A stretch of DNA of 64,000 nt from Octopus sinensis (GCF_006345805.1 NC_043001.1:93186001-93250000); one strand, 5' to 3'. Shown: positions 12,386-26,598, counted from the first letter of the stretch. Program-made: numbers and translations. The notes: generated from the letters alone by a model not told the origin.

Positions 12386-13021
12386 ACACACACAGAGAGA
12401 GTGAGAGAGAGAGAGAGAGAGCGAAGTATATGAATGTTATAACATTTGGAAGTCGCCATCTACAATTCTAACATTAATAGTTTTGTTTAGTAACATGCCC
12501 ACGCAATCATTTATATAGTAAAACTTGGATAGGGAAGAAAGAAAGAGCGAAAGACGAAGGTATACAGAAAGGAACAAGGAGAGGGAGAGAGAGAGAGAGG
12601 GAGAAAGTGAGAGAGGAAAGAGAGAAGGGAGAGAGACTGGGCTAGAGAGAGTGTGAGAGAGAAACAGAAAACAGAAAAACGTAAGGCAAAGGAATGGAGG
12701 AAAGGAAGAGCGAAACCTATTTTGACAGAGCATTGGAATTAATCTTCTAAAATTACACCTATAAAAGCTCTGGAACACACATACACATACACACAAACAC
12801 ACACATATACACACATATGCATATATATATATATGTATGCACCATAATAAAAGTATTCACGTAGGTACCAATATATGCATAGGCCCATACATACGCACTC
12901 GCACACATTAGCAGATGCACACACCTACATATAGACACATTTACATGTACAAACACATCTACATACACACAAATATACATATGAACTTATATATATATGC
13001 ATGTATATATAAATATATACA

Positions 13022-13054
<33 letters not shown>

Positions 13055-13217
13055 GTGTGAGTGTGTGTTTGTGTGTGTGTATATATATGTATGTATGTAT
13101 GTATATATTTATATATACACTCACATATATATATGTATGCATATATAGATATATATATATATATATATATATGAACATATACATATATATAAAGATATAC
13201 ATACATATATATATCTG

Positions 13218-13295
<78 letters not shown>

Positions 13296-14032
13296 CTATA
13301 TATATATGTCTGTTTGTCTGACTGTCTGTCTGTCTGTCTGTCTGTCTGTCTGCCTGTCTGACTGTCTGTCTGTCTGTCTATCTATATACGCACATGTGTG
13401 TGTATGTATATATGTATGTATATGTTTACTTGCAATTGTTTTTATTTTTTCTATTTATCGTTTTCTCTTTCGAGAAGGCTAACACACGCACACAACACAT
13501 GCACAGACATACAAACATGCATATATATTTATATATATATATATTATATATATATATATTTCGATTACCCACAGGTATTTATGTGCACTCACTTCCGGTT
13601 GATAGACCAACTAAAAAGCTTTCTCAGCTTGCCGGCTCCTAGTTTCTCTAGCAGTAACTGCAGATTTATTTATTATGAAGCAAAACTATATTACCATCTA
13701 ATTCATCGTCATTGATTTCCCTTTTGTCCTTCGATAGAAAAATGAAGTAAAAAAGCAACAACAACATCTAAACAAGTAAAAGAAATAAAACTATAAAAAA
13801 TACGGAAATAAAAAAAAAAATACCCAGCACAGCAAAAATAAAAGCGAAATATAAATGTCTAACATGGAAAAAGTTAATCGTTCCAATCAATTCTTTTAGC
13901 AGTATATCCGGCCGTTTTTAAACTTCCGGCTATACGTAGAAGAACTTGCCGTGGAGAATGTTACTAGTGTAACTGTTTCGATATCTTACACCCCGTGCGA
14001 AAATCGAAAGTGGGAGAAAGAAAGAGAGAAAA

Positions 14033-14086
<54 letters not shown>

Positions 14087-14410
14087 TCTGAATGTGAATG
14101 AAGCAGAATGGGAAAGTATGTGACAAAAAAAAGAGAGGGGATTTCGGAGAGATAAACAATGAGAATAAGCGAGAGCGTGAGCTATAATATATATATATTA
14201 TATATATATATATATTATATAATTTTATCCAAACGGGAAACAAAAAAACAACAACAATGAACAATTACAGTATATTATTAATAGGCGCTCAGGAAATGGA
14301 ATATATATTATATATATATAGATAATATATAATATATAATATAATAAATCTATATATAATATATATATATACATACATATATATAACGTACATATAATTA
14401 CGTATATCAT

Positions 14411-14442
<32 letters not shown>

Positions 14443-14871
14443 TATATACACACTTATATATGTACATATATATGTATATATATATATACATATTATGTAT
14501 ATATATAGAGTATAGCATGATTAATATAATATAAAATATATATATCATAATATATGGCATATATATATATCATATATGATACACACACTCAAACACACAT
14601 ACATATGCGGAGAGAGAGAGAGAGAGAGAGAGAGAGCAGCGAAAAGGGAGAGAGATCAATTTAAAGTGAGATCGAGAAAGTACAAGGGAGTACGATGATG
14701 GAAGACAGAGAATGTGGAAGCAAAAGAAGATAATAATACAGAACTTTTGATCCCACCAGCATGGATCAAGTTACACGACTCCAATGCATCTGAAAGAAAA
14801 AAACCTGACATGAATTTGAATAATGACCAGGATATTTACATGTGGCAATTGTTTTTACTTGTACTAAATGC

Positions 14872-14950
14872 ATACATACATACATACATACATACATACA
14901 TACATACATACATACATACATACATACATACATACATACATACATACATG
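14872..14950. repeat. (TACA)n microsatellite
   Basis: Directly visible. Confidence 0.95.
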
Positions 14951-16146
14951 CGTACATGTTTCTGTGTGTGTATGACCGTATAAATCTAATGCGTTTCTGA
15001 AATATGGCTGTTTGTCTATGTAAGGCTAACTGAAAAAATTTACAAAATAAAACCATTTTCATCATTATTCACTGTCTTATAGTGAAAGTTTCTATAATGC
15101 ATTTATCGATTTGTACAGTACTAGCGTGTTTCAATTACATTGTAAATTATTCGTATATACGAACTGTTTAAGAATATTTCTGAAGCCATTAATGCTTCAA
15201 ATTATCTCCCATGCCCTTCGACACTCTTCTTTCATATTTCTTTCCAAATGCATTCGCTTGAAATGACAATACGTTGAATTTTGTTCAATATTTCAAATAT
15301 AATTATTTTTGTTCAATATTTAAAATAGAATTATTTTTATTCAATAAGCAAAATATAATACATTTTGTGATATCACCCTTCATAGACGTTCACAAATAAG
15401 CCGGTTATAGCTTAAAGCCATTCTATTCTTTATTTTATGCTGATTCTAGCAATCACTAAATTTTTTGTACGTGATCTTACACTCAAACAAACAAATACAC
15501 GCACACGCAGATACACACAGACACAGACACATAAGCACAAACAAACACACACAAACACTAGCACATACACACACAAACACACACACGCAGATACAGACAC
15601 GTAAAAACTTTAACGTTTGAAGCAAACAACAAGGAGCTAATTCGAAAATATGGAGAAAATTTTGATAAAACAGCCAAGACTATAGCACTTGTTTTTTCAA
15701 TATAATGTTACAGAAAAACTGTTCCCTGTAGAGTTGCATATCTTTACAGTGAAGAACTTCGGTTTGCAAACGTGTGGTTACAGGTTCAATATCACAATAT
15801 ACAAAATGGCAGATCGTTAGAAAAGAGAAATACAATAAAGAAAGAAAAAAACAAAGGGCAACTGATCAGGCCACAGAAGTTTGATGAAAGAACTCTGACC
15901 GAAATACAATTAATATGAAATAAGTTGAAGCAAATATATAGTGCGTGTGCTTTCATTGGCTAAATTGGCAACACGACCATCCCTAAATGCAACAATCTAT
16001 CTATCTGTCTGTCTGTCTCTCTGTCTGTCTATCTATCTGTGTATATATACACACATATTCATATATAAATATGTATATATAGGTAGATATACATATATAT
16101 GTGTGTGTGTGTGTTCACATACATACATACATACATGCATACAAAC

Positions 16147-16177
<31 letters not shown>

Positions 16178-17559
16178 CATACATACATATGTATGTATGC
16201 ACACATACGAACACATACATATATATAATATAAATAATATATGAATATATGCATATATACATACATATATGTACAAACCTACATATATATGTATATATAC
16301 ATGCATATATGGGTACAGGACATCAAAAAAAAAAAAACGTTGAACACAACGAGAAACGAAAACATAAAAACAAAAACATAGAAACGAACTTTGTTTCGAA
16401 CAACGTAAAAAACAAACAGAGAAACGAGACATAGAATATAAAGAATATTCCCCTTCTTCAGTTGTTCCTCTTTCATCTACTCCACGTTCCGAAATGCATG
16501 CATCTTATAGTAAAAACAGCTGTAAGGTAATGGATTTCATTATATCATTTCTTGTTCCCTTGTCAGTTAATTTGTTTTTACGCTCTATATTTGACCAACA
16601 CTTCTCGGAAGCGTATACATGTATTGAGTTCTATTACTCGGTTAGCAGTAATAGTGTGTCTGTCAAATATTAAGATATAGTTGTATATATAAATACCAAC
16701 ACAGACATAAATACACACACACACACACACGTACACATACAAATTTATACATATACATATATGCATGTACATGCGTACATACACACATACATACAAATAT
16801 TCATAAGCTGAAAATACTTGTATATTCGGAGCCATCAATCTCATCGTGCTGGCACACTCACGTCATACACATACATACGTACACACTAATACAATCCCCA
16901 CGCACTTATTTATATAATTAGTCTAGCTGTAAAATTGCTTTGAGATTAGCTATGTTGTGTTAAATTTATAATCGATGCAGGGTTTAAGGTAAGGTGTATA
17001 CTGGTTCTACATTTCCTGTGTCTGACACATCAATTAATACACTTTGTTGTATATTCTATCGAGTTGCTAGCTGTATAGTTTCTCTAGTATCGGTCATCGA
17101 AAGTATTAAAAAATTAACTCGAAATAAATATGTAGTGGAAAATAAAACCCAGCAAAAAAACATCAATAACAACAACGACAACAACAACAAATCAAGTAAT
17201 GCAATTTTATCCATATTAGCAAGATTTATTTTTATGCCAAATACTAACAACAACTCCAGACAGGTTTCATACTTAATCTGATCTCGCCATTGAAGCAAAA
17301 CAGTCTCTGTATTTACCAAAGTAATGTTAAAAGTATAACTTGATAAATATACAAGATAGTACTCATGTTGGCGTTGGAACAGAAACTTTGAGAAATTTAA
17401 TATCTCGGAGACGTCTTCATGAAATAAATAAGTAATATGTTAATATTAATATATTTAAAACGGGACATATTAAAAAGCCAACTATAAATAGGAAGTAAGT
17501 ATAATATGATATAAGTTAATAACTAATGTTATTTTCATTTTTTTAGGAAGTTCGTGAGA

Positions 17560-17602
17560 TGACTGTATACGTTTCGGCCTTAGTCTGACCGCATCAGCAA
17601 GG
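17560..17602 (-). ncRNA. Degenerate minimal hammerhead-like motif (Penelope pLTR type)
   Basis: Minus: CCUUG-CUGAUGC-GGUC-AGACUAA-GGCC-GAAAC-GUA. Stem II is present, A9 is missing and stem I is poor. Confidence 0.4.
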
Positions 17603-17630
17603 CATAATTTTTACTGTAATTGCGAGAGTA

Positions 17631-18041
17631 GTGATGAATGTTTCATTAAGTAAATGTAGAAGATTGCACATTAGCTGGTGTAGGAAAGTAGAACTGGATA
17701 AAATTTGAATGATTCAGAGATACCATCTGAATGAAAAAATAAAAACAGAAGAAACGGTTACACTGGAGTCAAAGAAATTTTTAGAAGAACGCTCAGCTGT
17801 TAAATAAGACTTGAAATTTCTCTCATATCACATCCTATCAACACAGTGGTGATGAATGTGTCATTAGAAGATTGCACATTAGCTGGTGTAGAACTGTATA
17901 AAACCTGAATGATTCAGAGATGCCATCCGAATGGAAATATAAAAACAAAGCAAACGGTTACACGGGAGTCAAAGAATTTTTGAGAAGAACGCTCAACTGC
18001 TTAATAAGACATTGAAATTTCTCTTACACCACATCCTATCA
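17631..18041. repeat. Diverged ~200-bp tandem duplication (17631-17840 / 17849-18041)
   Basis: Both copies read GTGATGAATG...AGAAGATTGCACATTAGCTGGTGTAG...GAATGATTCAGAGAT...GGAGTCAAAGAA...CACATCCTATCA. Confidence 0.9.
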
Positions 18042-18544
18042 GCATAAAACAAACAAAATCTTCAAAAACACTTCAGTCAATGTCATCCTAGAAAATTAGC
18101 AGGATTCATTTGAAATTGAATATTTTTGATAATAATTTTGCTGGATCAGTTGTGACCTGGAACTAAAAATGTCAACAACAACAACTTTAAAAAATGCCAG
18201 AAGGCAACAACGAGATAGGTTTTGTTAGTGTTTAAGTTAACCAAAATGAATAATGCAGCAACCACATCAGCTATGGTCTAGTGCAAGCATTCAGTATTAT
18301 AAAATCATAGTTTTAATAAAAACAATGCATCCTCCTTGAAATGACAGCTGTTAAACACTTGCAGGCCTTTCCGTAGCTGCATTCGAATCTCTCAGGAATA
18401 ATTAAATAAAACAATATAATAAAACAAAAACAATTTTTTTCTTCTGGAAGATTTTGTGAATAAGAGAATGTCAGACGTTCCCTGCAAACGCAGAAACCTG
18501 AACACTGACATTTTAAGGTATAAAACCCACAAGAGAAAATAAAG

Positions 18545-18622
<78 letters not shown>

Positions 18623-18699
18623 GGGAGAGAAAGAAGTATTAGAAGAGGAATGAGAGAGAAACAGAGAGAGAGAGAGAGAGAGAGAAAAAAGATAGAGAA

Positions 18700-18743
<44 letters not shown>

Positions 18744-19828
18744 ATTTCTTTATTCACCATAAGTTTGAAATAAAAATGGGGACGATACGAGGACGGACAA
18801 AACAAACATTGGGGTCACGGTATCGAATGCGACGAAACGTATGAATAAGGAGAGAAAGAGAGAGAGAGAGGGAGGGAGGGAGGTTTTAGGAGGGGAATGA
18901 GAGAGACATTGGGTGTATGAACAGTATCTCTCTCTTTCATAAAATTCTTGAAAGAAATTTCTAGACTAGACCTGTTCTAACATGAAAATCAACTAACAGT
19001 TTCTTCAAAATGCATTCTCAACTACGAGACAATCTGTATCATTTCATATAGCATATAGAGACAAGCTTTCATTATTAATGCAGATCTGTTACACACTCAC
19101 GCATCCACACTTTCACAAAAACACATGTACACACATACACACATGCCCACATACAATTTCCCTTCTATCGCTTTCTCTGTCTCTGCCTCTGTCTCTGTGT
19201 CTCCGTTTCTCTTTTAAATTACTTCTTTGTCTCTGTCTCGATTCAAGTATTGTCCGTAGGAAGCATAAATGAAGTTTGTGGATTCGTGTTGCCGTTTGTT
19301 ATTGACTTCAGTTTTATGTAAACACACCAGAAACAGCTTTTTGTATAGAAGTCATCTTTTACATCTGACAACCGCATCATAGATACATTTTCGTGCGTCT
19401 ACTTGGCGTTTTGGTTGGTTATGTAAGCGGCATTCTTTTATGTTGTTCTAGGTTCGGTTTGCTTTTGTAATTTTCTCCGCTCTTCTATTTCCAATCTTTT
19501 ATTGCGAAATGAAATAGTATCAGTGGATAATGGATAATGTTATGATGTTATTATTTAGTGTGATTCACTCACAGTTTGCCATTGTCCATCAAAACGGCTG
19601 GATAATTATATACATAAAAACATACATACATACATACATATATACATATATATATATATACATACAAACATATATATACATATATATATGTTTATATATA
19701 TATACACAAATATATATGTACATATATATGTTTATATATATATGTACATATATATGTCTATATATATATATGTATATATGTATGTATGTATATATTTATA
19801 TATCTATATATACATACACACATAAATA

Positions 19829-19860
<32 letters not shown>

Positions 19861-20741
19861 AATATATATATATATATCGGACATTTTACTTTTAACGCAA
19901 CTGATTATATATAAAGTATTCAGAAAAGATAGCAGAAGCATCGAATCATCCACGAGGTCGTAATTCTGATCAAAATCATGATCATGATGATCGTTATCTT
20001 TACGATGATCAGCGTTAGTATTCACAGAGTCTCCGTCAGCAATCACACCAAAACAACGTTAAGTGTGTATCGCACGCCATGTCACAAAGAAGAGTTTAAC
20101 AGCAAAGATTAGAGACGGTGGAAATAACAAAATCGGGCGTGAGAACAATAAAAGTAGTTTTGCATTGTGATAGATTTACAATGCCAAGAAAACATCACAG
20201 AGAGTAGAAACAATGCTCACAGCAGTAAACTAATCAGCGAGGGCGCCTCTAAGCAGTATATCATCTCTTCTTTCCAGAAGCACCAAACAGTCTTAGATAA
20301 AGCAGTCAATCCACTCCGCCATCGAAAAAGAAGGTAACTACGCTGTCGCTCGACATGCTAGAAACAATAGTGAGATCACTATGCCAAACAGACATATTTT
20401 CAAGGGATACGAGACAAACGACCTACACCTGGATACATCTCAGTCAACCACAACTCCCTACTTGAATGGGCCATGATACCACAAAACTTGACTAAAAGAA
20501 TGACTAAACACATCTTATCAGATGGAGTCAATCTTTGGCCGAAACATAGATAACTTAGTTATCACACACCCTGCTTGTAATGAACACATGGAGGAATGTG
20601 TTCTCATATATGATGAGTCCAAACGTGGTAGGATGATCACGGTTGAAATATCTTTGTCCAAAGTTACTCGGTTAGGGTTATGAAAGTCATAATAGTAACA
20701 GCAGGGCTAAATTATCTCTGATCATAAATCTACAACCACAT

Positions 20742-20923
20742 GAATTCAGAGCAGGTATGAGACTAAACAAAATCAACAATAACAAGATCGAGAGAGAGAG
20801 AGAGAGAGAGAAAGAAGTATTAGAAGAGGAATGAGAGAGAAAGAGAGAGAGAGAGAGAAAGAGATAGAGAGAGAGAATTCAGAGCAGGTATGAGACTAAA
20901 CAAAATCAACAATAACAAGATCG
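20742..20923. repeat. 49-bp direct repeat flanking a shortened copy of 18542-18746
   Basis: GAATTCAGAGCAGGTATGAGACTAAACAAAATCAACAATAACAAGATCG at 20742-20790 and 20875-20923. The insert contains AAGAAGTATTAGAAGAGGAATGAGAGAGAA, identical to 18631-18660. Confidence 0.92.
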
Positions 20924-21007
20924 TCAACTGCATAAACTTATCTTACCAATAGAACAATAATATCTATCTCACTCAATACAGAAATCTAAATAAATCAGGC
21001 ATTTATC

Positions 21008-21158
21008 GGGGCATGAGTGGCTGTGTGGTAAGTAGCTGGCTTACCAACCACATTGTTTCGGTTTCAGTCCCACTGCGTGGCCCTCTTCTGATATAGCCTC
21101 AGGTCGACCAAAGCCTTGTGAGTGAATTTTCTAGACGGAAACTGAAAGAAGCTCGTCG

Positions 21159-21249
<91 letters not shown>

Positions 21250-21350
21250 GTATGTATGTATGTAGTATGATATGTATGTATCTATGTATGTATCTATGTA
21301 TCTATGTATCTATGTATGTATGTATGTATGTATGTATGTATGTATGTATG

Positions 21351-21384
<34 letters not shown>

Positions 21385-21625
21385 TGTATGTATGTATGTA
21401 TGTATGTATGTATGTATGTATGTATGTATGTGTGTGTCTGTGTTTTTCCCATCCCCAACATCGCTTGAAAACCGATGTTCGTATATTTAAGTCCCCGTAA
21501 CATAGTGGTTTGGCACAAGGAACCGATACAATAAGGTCTAGGTTTACACAGAATAAGTGTTGATTGTTGATTTGTTCCACTAAAGAGGGTGCTCCAGCAT
21601 GACCGCAGTCAAATGACTGAAACAA

Positions 21626-21626
<1 letters not shown>
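21008..21626 (+). mobile_element. Full SINE family A with internal (TCTA)n/(TGTA)n microsatellite
   Basis: Head GAGTGGCTGTGTGGTAAGTAGC...TTCAGTCCCACTGCGTGG...GACGGAAACTGAAAGAAGCTCGTCGTA; tail ...GCTCCAGCATGACCGCAGTCAAATGACTGAAACAA. Confidence 0.9.
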
Positions 21627-21656
<30 letters not shown>

Positions 21657-21742
21657 CACATACATAAACGTCGAACGAGGAAGTAGCCTAAATACACAAT
21701 TAAAGATACATACATACATCCATACATACATACATACATACA

Positions 21743-21777
<35 letters not shown>

Positions 21778-24700
21778 GAATACATATACATAAATACATA
21801 CATCGCCCTCTTCAGTTGCAAAATACAAATTATTAACATTCAGGATATTCATTTATAATTTTTAGCAAATATTTCATGAGAGTTAGATGTCTATGTATGT
21901 ATGTATGTATGTATGTATGTATGTATGTATGTATGTATGTATGTATGTATGTATGTATGTATGTATGTATGTATGTATGCATGTATGTATGTATGTATGT
22001 AAGCATGTATGCATGCATGTATGTATGTATGTATGTATATATGTATATAAGCACAAGCACGCAGACACACACGCTCACACACATATATATATACACATAT
22101 ATATGCATGTGTATATGTATATGTGTATGTATGTAGGTAAGTATATATAATATGTGTTTGTGTATTGCATATTGAAATAAATATTGCGTTTTGATTAAAC
22201 AATATGGCGGTACAGTGTATTCGGAGCCCTGAATTTACGAATCGCAAATTATTGCTCGACTGAATTTCAATGAGCTATAAGTTATCTTGACCAGAGCCGA
22301 TCTGGAACTGTTCAACACCGAGAACAACGCACCACCTTGGATTGCATAGTTCCTAATCTTTCCCAGGAAAATAATTCTGCAAGAACATCCCTCTATCATG
22401 TTGATTATCAAACATTTTAACGATTCTTTATTCCTAGATGCATGCATATCAGTAAGAATGAGTGATAACACATTCGATTGTATCAGACCCTTGTGTCCTA
22501 TTGATATTCATTTAATCGACTCTGGAAAGATGAAAGCTCTGGTGATACTACTCATTATCTCTATTGGCTCGCTATTGGTTGCACCAAATCTATATCTCAA
22601 TAGCATACAATACAGTTAAAAATGTGGATCATAGGTTTAACTTATTTAACCTGTATTGAGAAGCGCTTAATTCTTATTATACATTCCATATCTGATAAGG
22701 GAAAATGATGAGTTTCTGCTGGTTGAGGTTTAAGTATTTCAACCTGTTGGCCTTATTGCTAACAGCTCTCATCTTACACTGGGGGTTAAATTTTTGACGC
22801 AAGCAAAGAAACTTAACGTCTCACTTGCAGAGACAAAATAACTAGAATTTGGTAGTCTTATAAGATATATTTCATTATGTAACTGGGAAAAATGTGAAGG
22901 TTTCATAGTAGACTTAAGCCAACTGTCCGTTGGGTTACTAGACAACGTATAGCTGCCCAAAACATATCAAAATGCTGCCCTGATTGTTCTTTTCAGATCA
23001 TTAAGAAACAATATGAAAAAAAATTACAGGTGACTCTAAAGAGATCATCCCAATTATTGAGTAAAGTGTTCTGTAATGATATATTTGGTTTATAATTTTT
23101 TATATAACACGGAAGTTATGATAGTGTGGATGAAAGGATCTTGTTTCAATTCACTGAGGGATTTATTCCCCTTTTCATCTAATATCAGATAAAAGAACTG
23201 TCCCTTACAAAAAAAAAAAAAACCCCAAAACAAAGAAAAAACCAAAAACCAAAAAACGAAACGAAACCAGAAAAGAAAGAAAACATATTCCATACAAAAA
23301 TAAGATAAATAAACCAACAGAAATCAGCTCAAAATCAAATGCATATGAATAATCGCATTCCAGTGACTGATCAAAATGGCCGTGCATAGCGAGGTTGCTT
23401 ATTTCTCGACTAAGCTAACTAACTGTTAAGTATAGACGGCGTTCTACACTGTTATTTGCACCGAGCGCTAATTTCCTACTCAGCAGCAACTCCACTAGAC
23501 TCTTGAATTACTACATTGTCTTTAGTCTTGCAGCAGATAATTCCATTTCATTTTAATATGGAGAGGAAAGAGGTGGGGGTGGGGGTGGAGGTGTGGGGGG
23601 TAATATGGAGATGGATAGAAGGAATAAAGTGGATGGATAGATGGATGGAGTGCACGGAGAGGCGTTGCAACACTGATGCAAATGAACTATTAAAGAGTAG
23701 AATTAAGTAGTACATATGAGGTTAGCTTTGATTTTTTTTTATTAAAAAAAAATTCAATTTTTTTTTTCGTTTTTGTTATCAGAATCATAATCGCCATCAC
23801 TGCCACCACCACTACTACTACTACCACCACCACCACCACCACCATCACCACCACCACCACCACCACCACTGTCATAATCATCATCATCATCATCATCATC
23901 AGAGTGTTTAGAGCTTTGCCATTAGATTTTAATTTTCTCTTTTTGTTCTCGACACCCATTTGTTCTATTCTTTCTTTATTTCCTCACCTTCCTTCCTTCT
24001 TCCCTTCTTTCTTTTATTCTAGTACTTCTTCTTCTTTCTTCTTCTTCTTTCTTCTTCTTCTTCTTCTTCTTCTTCTTCTTCCCCACTTCCTCTTCTTTCA
24101 TCTCATCCCCACCCCAGTTATCTTCCCTCGCCCTTTCCCTATTCTTGTTCTGTTTCTCTTCTTCGTCTTCGTCTTCTTCCACAACTAATACTTATTCCGT
24201 TCCATTCCCGTTGAATGCAGTGGCAACGGCATTACATGTACATATGCGCGTCCGCGTGAAGGGGTGGGGTTGGGGAGTAGGTTTGGAATAAAGTAAAATA
24301 ATTATCGAGCAAGTTGTCAGTCAGTGGCAGCGGTGAGAATGAAGGTAAGTGGAACGACAGGGGTGGGGGGATGAATCTGCTAGCGGTAATAACGATATGA
24401 TATTAAGCTTTGATCTGATTAAACGTCCGTCTAAATACTATCAATTTGGAAGTGCTTTTCGCAACGATAATTGCAGTTGGTTTATTAGGGAAACTACACA
24501 CTTCACCATTACACATTTCATGCTGCATTCTTTATATTCTCTGTAATAAGAAAATGATTCAGCACATCTCTGTTTAACCTGCAAATATTTCTTCAGTATT
24601 CTCTGTGTTGCTTTACATTATATTTTTCTGTTTTGTCATATCCACCGCAAGCTGTTGTCTCAGAACACATCAGACATGTTTTGGACGCAATGATATAAGC

Positions 24701-24927
24701 AGGCATATAAACGCTATTCTATATAACGACATGCTACAAACACCCATATAACATAAAAAATACCACCACACAAAGATAAAATATATAAGCTCTCCCCCAA
24801 TCGACCCGTTGCGTAGGTAGTACCTTCCAGCACATCTATTTATAACACACTGCATCGTTCGGCAACATCTCAATGCTCGTCATCAATCAGCTGAATTCAA
24901 ACACGTGCCAAAGACAGCCTAAAACTA

Positions 24928-25508
24928 TTGGGTTGTCCGGAAAGCTCGTGCCGATTTATTGTAGCTTACCTTTCGACTTATTTTAGAACATGATTCAGTC
25001 CGTAAAATAGGATTTGACTACACCTCCATTTAGAGCATAGTTTAAGCTATCTTTTCGTGGAAGAAGGTTTCTGTTCCTATAACCTATGTTTATTCTGTAA
25101 CCCTTTAATTCTGTAACCTGGGAGATAAGAAAGTTCATTTTCGGCAGCTGATGCTTTTCTTTTTCCGTAAAGGGAAAAATGCCTCACGAGCAACCAAAGA
25201 AATATGCGCGGTTTACGGTGATGTTTCTTTATCCGAACGAACTGTACGGAAGTGGTTCGCAAGGTTCCGAACTGGAGATTTTAGCCTTGTTGATAAAGAG
25301 CGATCAGGCAGATCATCCACTACAGATGATGACCAAATCAAGTCATTAATTGAAAATAACCCGCATTGCACAATCCGAGAATTGGCAGAAACATCAACCT
25401 ATCAAAATCTGTCGTTCATGAGCACCTGGTAAAGCTTGGGTAATGGCAAGTACTTTTTGACCTTTTTCTTTCCTTTAAAAATCGGCACGAACTTTCCAGA
25501 CAACCCAA
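24928..25508 (+). mobile_element. Internally deleted mariner element with ~30-bp TIRs and TA target duplication
   Basis: 5' TA|TTGGGTTGTCCGGAAAGCTCGTGCCGATTT and 3' AAATCGGCACGAACTTTCCAGACAACCCAA|TA (2 mismatches). Confidence 0.95.
25151..25432 (+). pseudogene. Mariner transposase N-terminal HTH fragment; DDD domain deleted
   Basis: (VHFRQL)MLFFFRKGKNASRATKEICAVYGDVSLSERTVRKWFARFRTGDFSLVDKERSGR is a typical Mos1-like DNA-binding domain. Confidence 0.92.
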
Positions 25509-25725
25509 TATATACCACACGGATCGAGCCTCAATAAACCAAAATGTCGACAATGAGGGGAACTTCTACGTTCCGCTAGAAATATCAGCAAAATATCTCA
25601 GTTAAACGTACAGACATAGAGGATAATGTAGTCTGAGATGATGAATTCTCTCAAGAAAGACGGGATGGAATCGGGGCTGAATATCTTTGACCATACATTT
25701 CGCTCGACCAGAGCTGACAGTTTAT

Positions 25726-25727
25726 TC

Positions 25728-25770
<43 letters not shown>

Positions 25771-25878
25771 CATCAACATCAACAACAACAACAACAACGA
25801 CGACGACGACGACGACGAACAACATCAACAACAACAACAGCAGCAGCAGCAGTAACAACAGCAACGACAACAACAACA
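25726..25878. repeat. (AAC)n/(GAC)n/(CAG)n trinucleotide tract
   Basis: Directly visible. Confidence 0.95.
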
Positions 25879-26224
25879 TGTAATGTCATCGACAATTCGT
25901 ATATGATATCGTATTACATATTGCTATATGTGATGCGTGATATAAACATCTCTCTCTCTCTATCTATCTATATATCTACCTATCTATCTATATACGTATA
26001 CATACATGCATATATGTATGCATACCTTTATGCATTATATATATAATGCATACAGGCATGTATATATATATATATATATACGAGAGGTATTGATATCTAG
26101 AAGACCCAACGTGTGTCAGGTAACGCTAAGTAAGTGCTATGAACAGACCGTAGTTAAACTCTTGGTTCGATAATGATACGAGTGAGGAGTCTAATGTGGG
26201 TCTCCTATTAGCATGCATATATGT

Positions 26225-26262
<38 letters not shown>

Positions 26263-26304
26263 AATAGCGACAAGCATATTTTGCTATAATTATGTTTTCG
26301 AAGA

Positions 26305-26440
26305 GTGGTGAATTGGCAGAGTGGTTTGATCATTGGATAGAACGCATTGTGGTATTTAATTTGCCTCTCTGCACTCTGAGTTCAAATCTAGCCCAAGTCG
26401 ATCTCCCCTTTCATCCATTCGGATTCTGCAAAAGAATTAC
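26305..26440 (+). mobile_element. SINE family B (degenerate)
   Basis: GGTGAATTGGCAGAG...CTGAGTTCAAATCTAGCCCAAGTCGATCTCCCCTTTCATCC; homologous to the reverse complement of 44730-44865. Confidence 0.75.
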
Positions 26441-26551
26441 CGATCAAAGACGGTGGAATGCGAGGCAATCGGAAAGTAGCCACTCCAGCATTTTGTTTTC
26501 TGACAGCAAAATCTGTCAGAACAATAGAACCATAGCGTATCAGCTTGAAGG

Positions 26552-26598
<47 letters not shown>

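Noticed and set aside
22150-22980. Unique block with QGGALFSVL / VKITYSS peptides suggestive of RT or Penelope
   Set aside because: Similarity too weak and not supported by neighbouring motifs.
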